From Zygophlyctis sp. KS116 (taxonomy: Eukaryota; Fungi; Chytridiomycota): a DNA stretch of 32,000 nt. This document shows, piece by piece, positions 1 to 9,020 of the stretch (positions are counted from its first letter, which is position 1; every line of letters starts with the position of its first letter). The translations under genes were made by a program, and so were the position numbers. Below the pieces are notes generated by a model that saw only the letters and a program-made list of their open reading frames with translations, was not told the DNA's origin and made no database searches. The stretch is from contig BAAFSQ010000019.1 of the NCBI GenBank assembly GCA_054661495.1, positions 43,955 through 75,954 of the forward strand. Direction: 5' to 3'.

Positions 1-779
1 GCGTTAATGCTATTTCAAAACTTAAGAAATTTTTCTTATCTATCCATCCTTCTCTTTCGGAATAGTAAAGCGCCCATCTTGACGCAAGTCCAATAACAGT
101 ACCAAAAATTAATGATAATATTAGCTCATACGCTATAATCATGTAGCCCCATTTTGCAAATGCTTGACCAATATCATACTTATTGAGGTAAACGGAAAGT
201 GCCCACAATGGTAATACAAGCCCGTCATTAGCGGCCGATTCTGCTGCAAGTAATTGTCTAATTGAAATTGGAATGTGCATATCTGCAAATCGTCCACTAG
301 TGATAGAATTTGCAAGAATTGGATCAGTTGGGCAAGTGCATGCAGAGAGGATCAATGATTCAACAAAGGGCCTACCCAAGACCAAGTAAAAAATCAACGC
401 ACCAGCAAGCCATTTGTAAATAACAACTGGTACTAGAAGAATTGCCATACTTTTCCACCTCCTGAGCCAAAACTTTTTAGGAAGAGAAATAGCCGCAGCC
501 ATGATCTGAATACAAATTACAATATCAGAAAAAGCAAGATTGATTTTCTGCTCATCACCCAAGTCAAATGGATTCAGCGCTTTAGCCCCAATAGGCCCAA
601 AGCAAATTCCAATTAAAGTTGCCACAAGCGATTCTGATAAGAATAATCTCTCCTTTATAACAAAAGAAACAAAACCTTTCATGAGCTATCGTCATCTTAC
701 CAAAAATTAGTATAAATCCCCCAAACAATGCTGACAATACAGAGACCTCATTGGTATATGCAGACGCAAAATCTCCCAT
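1..779 (-). CDS. NHA1: Fungal Nha1/Sod2-type Na+(K+)/H+ antiporter (CPA1), 5' part; continues past the left edge of the window
   Basis: ATG at 779, 25-nt intron 676-700 (GTAAG...GCTCAT GAAAG). Spliced frame reads GGFILIFGFVSFVIKERLFLSESLVATLIGICFGP...CPTDPILANSI...LAAESAANDG, which has the CPA1 TDP and ESxxND motifs. Confidence 0.92.
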
Positions 780-1016
780 TTTAACAAAATCTCAGCCACA
801 GAAACGTTTAAAATTTTTATGTTTTTTAACTGCAATCACTGAAATTTCATAAATTCAGGAGGCACATAGGATCTGCGGGTCACAGTTGTTAACTCTCTAA
901 TCGGACCATTGGATGTGACTTGGGGATGAAGATATTCTCCAAGAAGATCTGCGCGGGGTTTAAAAGGCGTGGCTCTTTCAGCCCCTATTAGAGGTTTGTA
1001 TACGTTTGAGGTGACT
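693..1016. repeat. 324-bp direct repeat, copy 1 (Nha1 exon 1 + 56-bp spacer + last 181 bp of the SAXO5-like CDS)
   Basis: Identical by eye to 2656-2979 (offset 1963), from catcttacc to gaggtgact. Confidence 0.97.
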
Positions 1017-1135
1017 TTTTCCTTAGTCTGAATACGATCAGACTTCTCAGCTTATTTTTTTCCGGCTTTAGATGGACTAGAACCTGTATGATTTTTTAAT
1101 TTCTCAAACATTTGCTCAATGAGATATTACTGATT
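836..1135 (-). pseudogene. Truncated, internally deleted relic of the SAXO5-like gene 3' end
   Basis: 836-1016 equals 2799-2979. 1027-1044 (tctgaatacgatcagact) equals 3173-3190. About 1057-1135 aligns with mismatches to about 3534-3615. Confidence 0.8.
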
Positions 1136-1261
1136 GCTATTAGCTAAAAATGTGGTATATTATTGATAACTGTTCAACCGCTGGAATAGAATGTTGTCCG
1201 AACTCCATCACCCAAGACATAACTTCGATTAGAACCCTCTTAACACTTGTCAAATTAGCTA

Positions 1262-2398
1262 ATGCTAGGCATTGATTTCTCAGTTTTCAAGGAGTTCTTA
1301 CCTCTGCTAACTATTGGAGGAGCCACAGTTTCAGCTGCAGGTTTGATACCTCGGATCGGCCCAGGAAGAGCAATTTGGATTGGAATTCGCTCTCGTTTTG
1401 CAAGAAAGCCAGAACCTTTATCTATTCGTTCTGAAGAGATCGCTGAAATTAAGAGCATGCTTTTGAGAAAAAAATTCAATGAAACTTATTTGGTTGTTAC
1501 TGGTGAAAAGGGAGTTGGAAAGACTTGCTTGCTCAATACTGTCTTGAACAAGACTCCAGGAGTAATCAGAGTCAGTGTTTCGCCAAAGGATGATGAACAC
1601 ACAATTATCAGGAATACTCTTTTGGAATTGACTGGAATTAAATTTGATTTTGTACCTCCTTATGCCAGTGCGAAAAGACTTATATTTTGGTACCGGTTCT
1701 TTACCTTAAAGCGTTCTCCAATTGTTGTCATTAATGCAACTGAGAGAACAGCCGGGAAAGACTTTGCTAGCATAACCGGCGCTGTTCGTATACTGGTAGA
1801 AGATTACAGGCTACGTGTTGTTGTTGATGTCTCACCGAATTCTCTAGATGAATCACTTTTGTGGAAAACTAGGCCGATTGTATTTAATATCAAGCCAATG
1901 AAAAAGGAAATGATTTGTCAAATGGAACAACTGCAAGATCTGTTCAAATATATTCAAATGGCTGGTTTAGAACATACAGTTTTCGCTGTTCTTGGTGGAA
2001 TACCCTCTCGCTACAATGCACTTTGGGAGGATGTCCAAACTAAATTGGAAAATGGTGAAGATCCTAGAGAAATTATTGGAAGGTTCTTGTGTGATAAGAT
2101 ATATGCCGCAATCCAAAGTGTCAGGAAATCTAGGAGAGAGCAAAGATATGGCTGAAATAATCAAATTGTTTGACAAGGACAAAAAATTCATTCTGAGTGA
2201 TACCATAGACTTAAATAACCTAAAGCGATCTACTCCTGATAAAGTCTTTCGTGAAGTTAAACAAGATAGTTCTTCTGTTCTCATCCCAGCAACCAATGCA
2301 ATTGGAGTTGTTCTGCAGCATGGATTGTTCTGCAGCATGGTCTTACCAGTGAGCCATCTTTGGATCAGCTTGAAAAGTTACTCAAAAATAAGCAATAA
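1262..2398 (+). pseudogene. Intronless P-loop NTPase (AAA+/STAND-like, N-terminal hydrophobic segment) with two frame disruptions
   Basis: Walker A YLVVTGEKGVGKT. Frameshift near the (AG)n run 2132-2140 joins ORF 1262 to ORF 1992. A 17-nt tandem duplication at 2308-2340 shifts the tail; removing it gives ...GVVLQHGLTSEPSLDQLEKLLKNKQ* ending at 2398. Confidence 0.75.
2308..2340 (+). repeat. Tandem duplication TTGTTCTGCAGCATGG x2 (period 17)
   Basis: 2308-2323 equals 2325-2340. Confidence 0.95.
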
Positions 2399-2572
2399 AA
2401 CATGAGTTGAACTTTCAATACTTTTAAAATACGTTCGATCTTGATTTTTGAACACACTGTTAATCAACCATTAAGGAAAGACTTTAGCGTTTTCATTTAA
2501 AAATGGAATCGGTACAGACAATCTAAATTTTAAAGTAAGGGATTTATTTGGGTCGAAATAGGGATAGTATAC

Positions 2573-2584
2573 TTTCGCGCCAAA
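2573..2584. promoter_or_regulatory. E2F-type double site TTTCGCGCCAAA
   Basis: Matches TTTSSCGC on both strands (the same 12-mer as the classic DHFR E2F site). Function is not shown. Confidence 0.4.
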
Positions 2585-2655
2585 TCAAGGAGATAAATAT
2601 CTAGAACAAAATGTTTATTTCCAGCAAGAATGCATTGATTCTATTCTTTTAAAAA

Positions 2656-2979
2656 CATCTTACCAAAAATTAGTATAAATCCCCCAAACAATGCTGACAA
2701 TACAGAGACCTCATTGGTATATGCAGACGCAAAATCTCCCATTTTAACAAAATCTCAGCCACAGAAACGTTTAAAATTTTTATGTTTTTTAACTGCAATC
2801 ACTGAAATTTCATAAATTCAGGAGGCACATAGGATCTGCGGGTCACAGTTGTTAACTCTCTAATCGGACCATTGGATGTGACTTGGGGATGAAGATATTC
2901 TCCAAGAAGATCTGCGCGGGGTTTAAAAGGCGTGGCTCTTTCAGCCCCTATTAGAGGTTTGTATACGTTTGAGGTGACT
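2656..2979. repeat. 324-bp direct repeat, copy 2 (orphan Nha1 exon 1 at 2664-2742 + SAXO5-like 3' end)
   Basis: Identical to 693-1016. Similarity to Nha1 ends 8 nt into the first intron. Confidence 0.97.
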
Positions 2980-4793
2980 GTTTCAAAAGATGTTTTATCG
3001 TAAGGATAGCGAGATATAGTGTTTGCCAATGTCATCTCATAGCTATTACACGCAGATGAGGTTACTTTTGAGCATGGCCCATTGGATCCTGCAGCAATTG
3101 TATGTTGCATGCTGTGATCGGCACTTAAACTTGAGGGATCTTTAAAATGTGAATGAGTCAAAGTGACCATATTCTGAATACGATCAGACTGCTCTGGTTC
3201 GCCACCAAATGAAAAATGATGAGTTCGCAAGTACATCTTATTTTCTCTACTTTGAGACTTAGCATCCCGATCTTGTACTTTCAAAGTATATTCTTTTTTA
3301 GCAACACTATTATAATCGCACTTGATTTCAGAATCCATATTGATAGGATCAAAGAAGGGGATATCTGGTTTTCTAGTTTCTCCTCGACGGCTATAAGCCT
3401 CTTGAGCAATTGAAGAATCAATTTCATTTGGAGATCTATAATCTTTGGAAGTCACAGAAATCGTACTTTTGGATAGACCCGAATTATTAGTTCCGAATGA
3501 AATCGAGGCTGCTCCATTGAGATCTTTAACTTCTTTTCCGGCTAAGTATGGACTAGAATCCTTAACAGTTTTAGTAATATCTCCAAAATCTGCTTTATGA
3601 GAGCTAGTACCAATTTTTCTATCGGGTAAATCTTCTACAATAATGCATTGACCCTGTGCAGGGAATGCAGCAGGTGGTAATACTTTTCTTTCCAATCCTG
3701 ATTCGTGACGTTTAAATGAAGAATCATACTGAGAAGTGCCAAAGGTAAGCTCTGGGTCTCCAAGCTAACATTTCAAAATTGAATGGTCTTACAGAGAAAT
3801 GTGTTGCCTTTAAATCTTTTATAAACGAAGCACTATCTACAATAAGAGATTTATGATCTATTCTAGAATTAGCAGAAAAATCTTTTAATTTAGATTCGGA
3901 TTTGTGTACCTTGCTGATGAACGCTAGTCATGGGGACTTTTTCCATATCCGGATTGTCCAAGACCGTCGATCGGACATATTTTGATTCTTTGTGGTAGCT
4001 TTCTTCTTCAAATATGCGATCGAAAGGTTTCATGGAGCTCTTTGTTACGCTTATCCAGGGGATTCTTTCATTTCCTAAAGAAATATTGGTCTTATTTTTT
4101 GTTTGAAGAGAATCTCTTGTTGGTCGAGTTTCAAACTTTTTTTGAATCTTTAATTTAAATCCTATTTACAATACCGTTTTTGGAGTTTTTGATTCATTAT
4201 TGATTCTACTTTCAAGAGTTTCCAACGTTTCATCTCTGTAAATCGGAGGATATTTCTACTATTTAGCCAAATTAAAAATACAGAATATGATATAACACTA
4301 TGATCGGGTCTTTGAATTGGATAGCTAGGATCCATGTTATAGTCCTTTTTTGTAATACTTGTGTATGATGGTTCGGAACCTCTATCCAATGTAAAATGAG
4401 CCTTTTTTATATAATCAGCGACTAAATCATTTGACTATAAATGCATACCTTCTCTAATCTTTTCCCTTTCAGAGACTAGAGTCTTTGTCGTATATTCTGC
4501 TTTAGAGGTACTTATCCATTTCGGAGGAATTTCGTCCGGAAATCCTATTATATTGTCCCCTGGCTCATGATGATCTAAAGGCTTTGCTTATAATCAAGGA
4601 ATTTATATTTACTTTTGACAATCTTTGCAACTCTGTTTGCCCCATATAGTCGATCTCTCATAAACGCTCGATGACTGATTGAAGTATCCATTGCGGTTGT
4701 ATCAATATCTCTTTCATTTACAGAATCAACAGAATCTAGCAGCAATAGCCTCTTGCAAGCTGCCGATTTAGACGATAATGATGTTGTATTCAT
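2799..4793 (-). CDS. Ciliary microtubule-inner-protein-like repeat protein (SAXO5/TEX45-like), about 610 aa, 7 exons
   Basis: Introns 4587-4612 (26), 4422-4448 (27), 4256-4281 (26), 4148-4174 (27), 3882-3909 (28), 3765-3792 (28) give one open frame of 1833 nt. Recurring HF(S/T)(L/F)G-type and (S/T)xxxxDY/F motifs. Family assignment is by motif recognition only. Confidence 0.65.
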
Positions 4794-4940
4794 TAGGAGA
4801 TTATATGCCCAATGACGTATCCATGATCTCTTTTGGCGCGATCAAAGTATTCCTTCATCAGTCTCTAAAATATACATATAATCCCCGTCTCTACTTTTTA
4901 AGGATGCATAATGAATTAACTACTATATCTGATCGCTGGT

Positions 4941-4982
4941 CGCGAAAGTTGCACGAAAAACACGAAATAGAATAACGCGAAA
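4941..4982 (+). promoter_or_regulatory. Cluster of four SCB-like CRCGAAA motifs in a divergent promoter
   Basis: CGCGAAA at 4941, CACGAAA at 4952, CACGAAA at 4961, CGCGAAA at 4976. TTTGGCGCG at 4832-4840 lies in the same 200-bp spacer. Confidence 0.55.
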
Positions 4983-4993
4983 ATCAATTAGAA

Positions 4994-7640
4994 ATGCGTA
5001 CGATAGCTTTTCTTGTCTTTACTTCATTGGTTCTAGCAATGGATTATAAGGAAAGGTTAAGATTGAAAAGTAGGGTGCGTACCATGTTTCAACAGAGTGA
5101 TTTTTATATTTTTAATGTTTAATAGGCTTTGAGTCGTACATGGAAAATGCCTTTCCCCAAGATGAATTAGATCCAGTCAACTGCATTGGCCGATCGCGTG
5201 ATAATAATCATAATAATTGGGGAATCAATGATGTTCTAGGGAATTTCTCATTGACTCTGATAGATTCATTGGATACACTACCAATCATGGGCGATCATGT
5301 TGGATTTGAAAAGGCAGTTGATAAAGTGATCAAAACAGTTTCATTTGATAAAGATTCTAGAGTTCAGGTACTTGTTTCTATTTTTACAATTAGGTATTTG
5401 AGGTAACCATACGGGCTTTAGGTGGACTGCTTTCAGCACATTTACTGGCAAGTGATCCAACTCATGGATTTAAAATTTCTTGGTATGATGATCAGCTTTT
5501 AGTATTAGCAATTGATCTGGGGTAACATTACAATGCATTAAGAATTTTAGGAATAGGTTGATGCCGGCTTTTGAATCTAGTACCGGTATACCATATCCTA
5601 GGGTGAATCTTCGGCACGGTCTATACAATTATGAGGCTCAAGAGACATGTGCAGCAGGAGTTGGGACACTTTTATTGGAATTTTCATTATTAAGTCGTTT
5701 ATCGGGTGATCCAAAATATGAAGAGGTTGCCAAGAAGGCTTTATTTAAAATGTGGGAACTTAGGTCACCGTTAGATTTAATGGGAAACTCGTTGCAGTTT
5801 TTAGAAAACAGGTGGACTTATGGTCTTACTGGTATAGGAGCAGGTGTGGATTCGTTTTATGAATACTTGTTCAAATCATGGATTTTCTTAGGTGATCAAG
5901 AGTATCTAGATATGTTCCAAGTTTCATATAATGCCGTTATGAAACATATCAAGGACTCTTCTGGGTTTATTTATAAAAATATCGATATGAATACTGGAGA
6001 GTTAGGTGCAACTTGGATCGATTCTTTGGGAGCATTTTTCCCTGGCCTGCAGGTATTGCATGGTGATTTAAAAAATGCAATCAAACATCACGCAATGTAT
6101 TTTACTATTTGGAAAAAATACGGGGCATTGCCCGAGCGTTTTAATTGGAATACAGGGAAGTTAGATATATCTTATTACCCCCTCCGCCCAGAGCTTTTTG
6201 AATCGACATACATGCTTTATCAAGCGACAAAGGATCCTTTTTATCTCTATGCTGGAAAGATAATGCTGGAAGATTTGGAAAAAAATGCCAAAGTTAAGTG
6301 TGGTTATGCTACAATTAGTAATTTGGAATCAATGCAACATGATGGACGAATGGAAAGTTTTTTCTTATCAGAAACATTGAAATATCTATATTTGCTATTT
6401 GATTCTGGTATTTTATAAGACACCTACTCATGCTAGATAACTATTTCAACAAAATAGATTCAAACAATGTATTTACCACAGAGGCGCATTTCATATACTT
6501 GCCCAATAAGTACATTGAAAAGTCGAGCATGCATTCATCGTCGACCCTCACCTGTTCAATTTATAAGCCGAAGCCATTCAAATTAGAGGATCGTCCTCCA
6601 CTTCTCACTGACAAGGAAATAACCTTTATTGAATCGCTTGTAAATCACGCCCATAAATCCGCTAAAGGAGAAACGCCGATACCTGAACACGATATTAATT
6701 CAGAAGTTACATTTATGTATGATTTTCTTGGCAAGTTATTTTTTTTCTATGCAACATACCATGTATGTTTGATTAGTCTATATTTTGTACTTGTTTTCGG
6801 GTATAATACTTTAGGTTTCCTGGAGATCACAAAAAAATACAAGTTATCAAATTAGATGAATCTTCATTATTTTATAGCAGTATCAATGGCTCTAGAATAC
6901 AGATAAAGCTTGATAAAAGCGCGGATAAAACGTATATGGAGTATTATGTGAGCGAAATCGACAATACACCTATTGGTAATATGATTCAAGTCATAGTACC
7001 TGATAGGGCTCTATGGTTTTTGCAAAATCGTTTCCGATCTGATATCGGATCATTACGTTTGTCGAATGGACACACTGTACAAGCACAAATGGCTAATTTT
7101 GGGATAGCCTTGTCATTTTACGAGAATCTAGAATCAGAAATAGAATACGTTTCAGCATCTAAAATAATATCAAGTGTTGTAGACATTGGTTTTGGATGCG
7201 AATATTTAGATCCTTTAAAGTATTTTGGTAAATTTATAGTTGTAAAAAGGGGGAAATGTACTTTTCCCACAAAAGCATTTTGGGCTCAAGAAGCCGGCGC
7301 AAAAGCATTACTAGTTATATCTGATGATGAAACTTTGATTAGTATGGAGCAATCATCAAAGCAATGGGATTATAATTTAGAAAATGGGGTTGATATGACT
7401 TGGATCCCTTGTTTCTTTTTGACCAAATCAGCCTCTGCTTCACTCTTTGAACATTCAGATTCAAAAGTAGTACTTAATGGACCTCCAGAAATAAGCAATC
7501 TTTTCTATTCAAAAATCAAGGTCTCTAATCTACTTATTAAAGTCAAAAGAACAAATGGTAACATTCTTAAAAAAGGATACTTATATCCTGGACAATCATT
7601 TAGATGCATGAAAAAATGTATGGCCTATATATGCTGTTAA
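4994..7640 (+). CDS. GH47 alpha-1,2-mannosidase with C-terminal PA domain (Mnl1/Htm1/EDEM3-like), about 820 aa
   Basis: Signal peptide [15 protein letters not shown]. Motifs [64 protein letters not shown]; PA motif [15 protein letters not shown]. Introns 5097-5125, 5368-5393, 5522-5550, 6408-6436. The 6731-6814 junction is uncertain. Confidence 0.9.
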
Positions 7641-8165
7641 TTATATTTTTATAACAGAATAAGTCTCTGCAGGTAAGTTATTTTTCCCTTTTAAGTCTAC
7701 TAGTTCAACAATAAAGATAAACTTTGACACATTAGCACCTGCTAATTTAACCAATTTAGCTGCAGCCTCTGCTGACCCTCCAGTAGCAATCAGATCATCA
7801 ATTATAATGACATTACTATTTGGCGCAATAGAGTTTATAGACATTTCAAAATAATCTGTTCCATATTCCTTTTCATAACCAACTTTTAGAGTTTGACCAG
7901 GCAATTTCCCAGCCTTACGGACAGGAACAAAAGAGACTCCACATCTACTTGCGATCCAAGGCCCCAACAAAAATCCTCTAGAATCTAGCCCGACAATCAC
8001 ATCTGGCTTTGCTCCTGATGATAGGATATAATGGACAATATGAGTAACTAAAGTTTCAGCAGCCAATGGATCCTGGAAAATAGGAAAAATATCCTGAAAG
8101 AGAATCCCTGGCTTTGGAAAGTCTGGAACAGCAACTAGTTTAGATTTAAGGAATTCAACGTCCAT
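7641..8165 (-). CDS. APT1: Adenine phosphoribosyltransferase, intronless
   Basis: PDFPKPGILFQDI, GLDSRGF, VRKAGKLPG, YEKEYG, PRPP-binding IIIDDLIATGGSA. Confidence 0.97.
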   Translation of the reverse strand: MDVEFLKSKLVAVPDFPKPGILFQDIFPIFQDPLAAETLVTHIVHYILSSGAKPDVIVGLDSRGFLLGPWIASRCGVSFVPVRKAGKLPGQTLKVGYEKEYGTDYFEMSINSIAPNSNVIIIDDLIATGGSAEAAAKLVKLAGANVSKFIFIVELVDLKGKNNLPAETYSVIKI

Positions 8166-8192
8166 TTGCGTCCGTTAAAGTCCAGGGCTTGC

Positions 8193-8988
8193 ATGTCGCT
8201 GGAAACTCAACAAACGATTGTTTTACATTCTGCCGAATACACTGAAAATGAAATTGTATCTACATGTCAGATAGATCCAATCAAGCCGATCGCAGAGTTG
8301 GATCGGTTGTCAGATCGTGATCTCTCGTTAGTGTTTGCATTGAGGAATACCAAGAATGAAAGCTACAAAAAGGTATTCGAGACTCTATATTTTGCCTTTC
8401 GGATAAGGAGGATCATGCCAGTCAAGGTTGTTTATTTAGAGGAAATTCTGTTGGAATCAAACTCTGAATTAATTTATAAAATGTTAAATGTGCATCATGA
8501 TCTAGTAAAGGAAAATGATCATGTAAATATGAAAAGTTGGATTGGACTTTTATCTGTTTATGGGATGACTTGGGATATTATTCACTCTTTATATGTACAT
8601 GATTCTATTGTTTTAGGTAAGGATATTTCTAAGATTAGAAGAACAGATTCATGGACAAGATGTCGTGTTTGGTTCAAGACATCAGGATTGTGTAATGACG
8701 AATGAATCGATAATAAAAAAAGTATCGGTCAAAATTCAAAAGTATTTACTGCTCTTAAGTACAAAAGATTTGGGATTTTGGTTAGAATTTGAAGTGGATT
8801 GTACAATGGAGGATTTAAAGTTTGTTTCAAATGCATGCATAGATCAGGATTGGGTCAAAGGTATTAATTGATCTTTTAATGCTTATTATTTAGATGATTT
8901 CCTTTATTCAAATGATAGACTAGTAGTTGTATTTAAGATGGAATTTGGAGCGGATGTTTTAGTTGTGATTTCACGTCTACGTCATTGA
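8193..8988 (+). CDS. Hypothetical protein, about 245 aa, 3 exons
   Basis: ATG 8193. Introns 8617-8641 (25) and 8861-8893 (33) join the ORFs in frame (738 nt) to TGA at 8988. No family recognised. Confidence 0.6.
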
Positions 8989-9020
8989 ATTCGACGCGCT
9001 TCGGAACTTTCTTTACAAAA

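Noticed and set aside
693-2979. LTR retrotransposon or composite transposon interpretation of the 324-bp repeats
   Set aside because: The repeats are host gene sequence (Nha1 exon 1 + SAXO5-like CDS), and there is no PBS/PPT, gag/pol, transposase or TIR.
4778-4975. 65-aa plus-strand ORF in the divergent promoter
   Set aside because: Short, overlaps the SAXO5-like start and the motif cluster, and has no recognisable features.
6731-6790. U12 or AC-ending introns (29- and 28-nt segments ending in TAC)
   Set aside because: No U12 donor (RTATCCTT) or TCCTTAAC branch site, and no convincing frame solution.
7620-7640. C-terminal CC of the mannosidase as a prenylation signal
   Set aside because: The protein has a signal peptide and is expected to be ER-luminal, so it would be inaccessible to cytosolic prenyltransferases.
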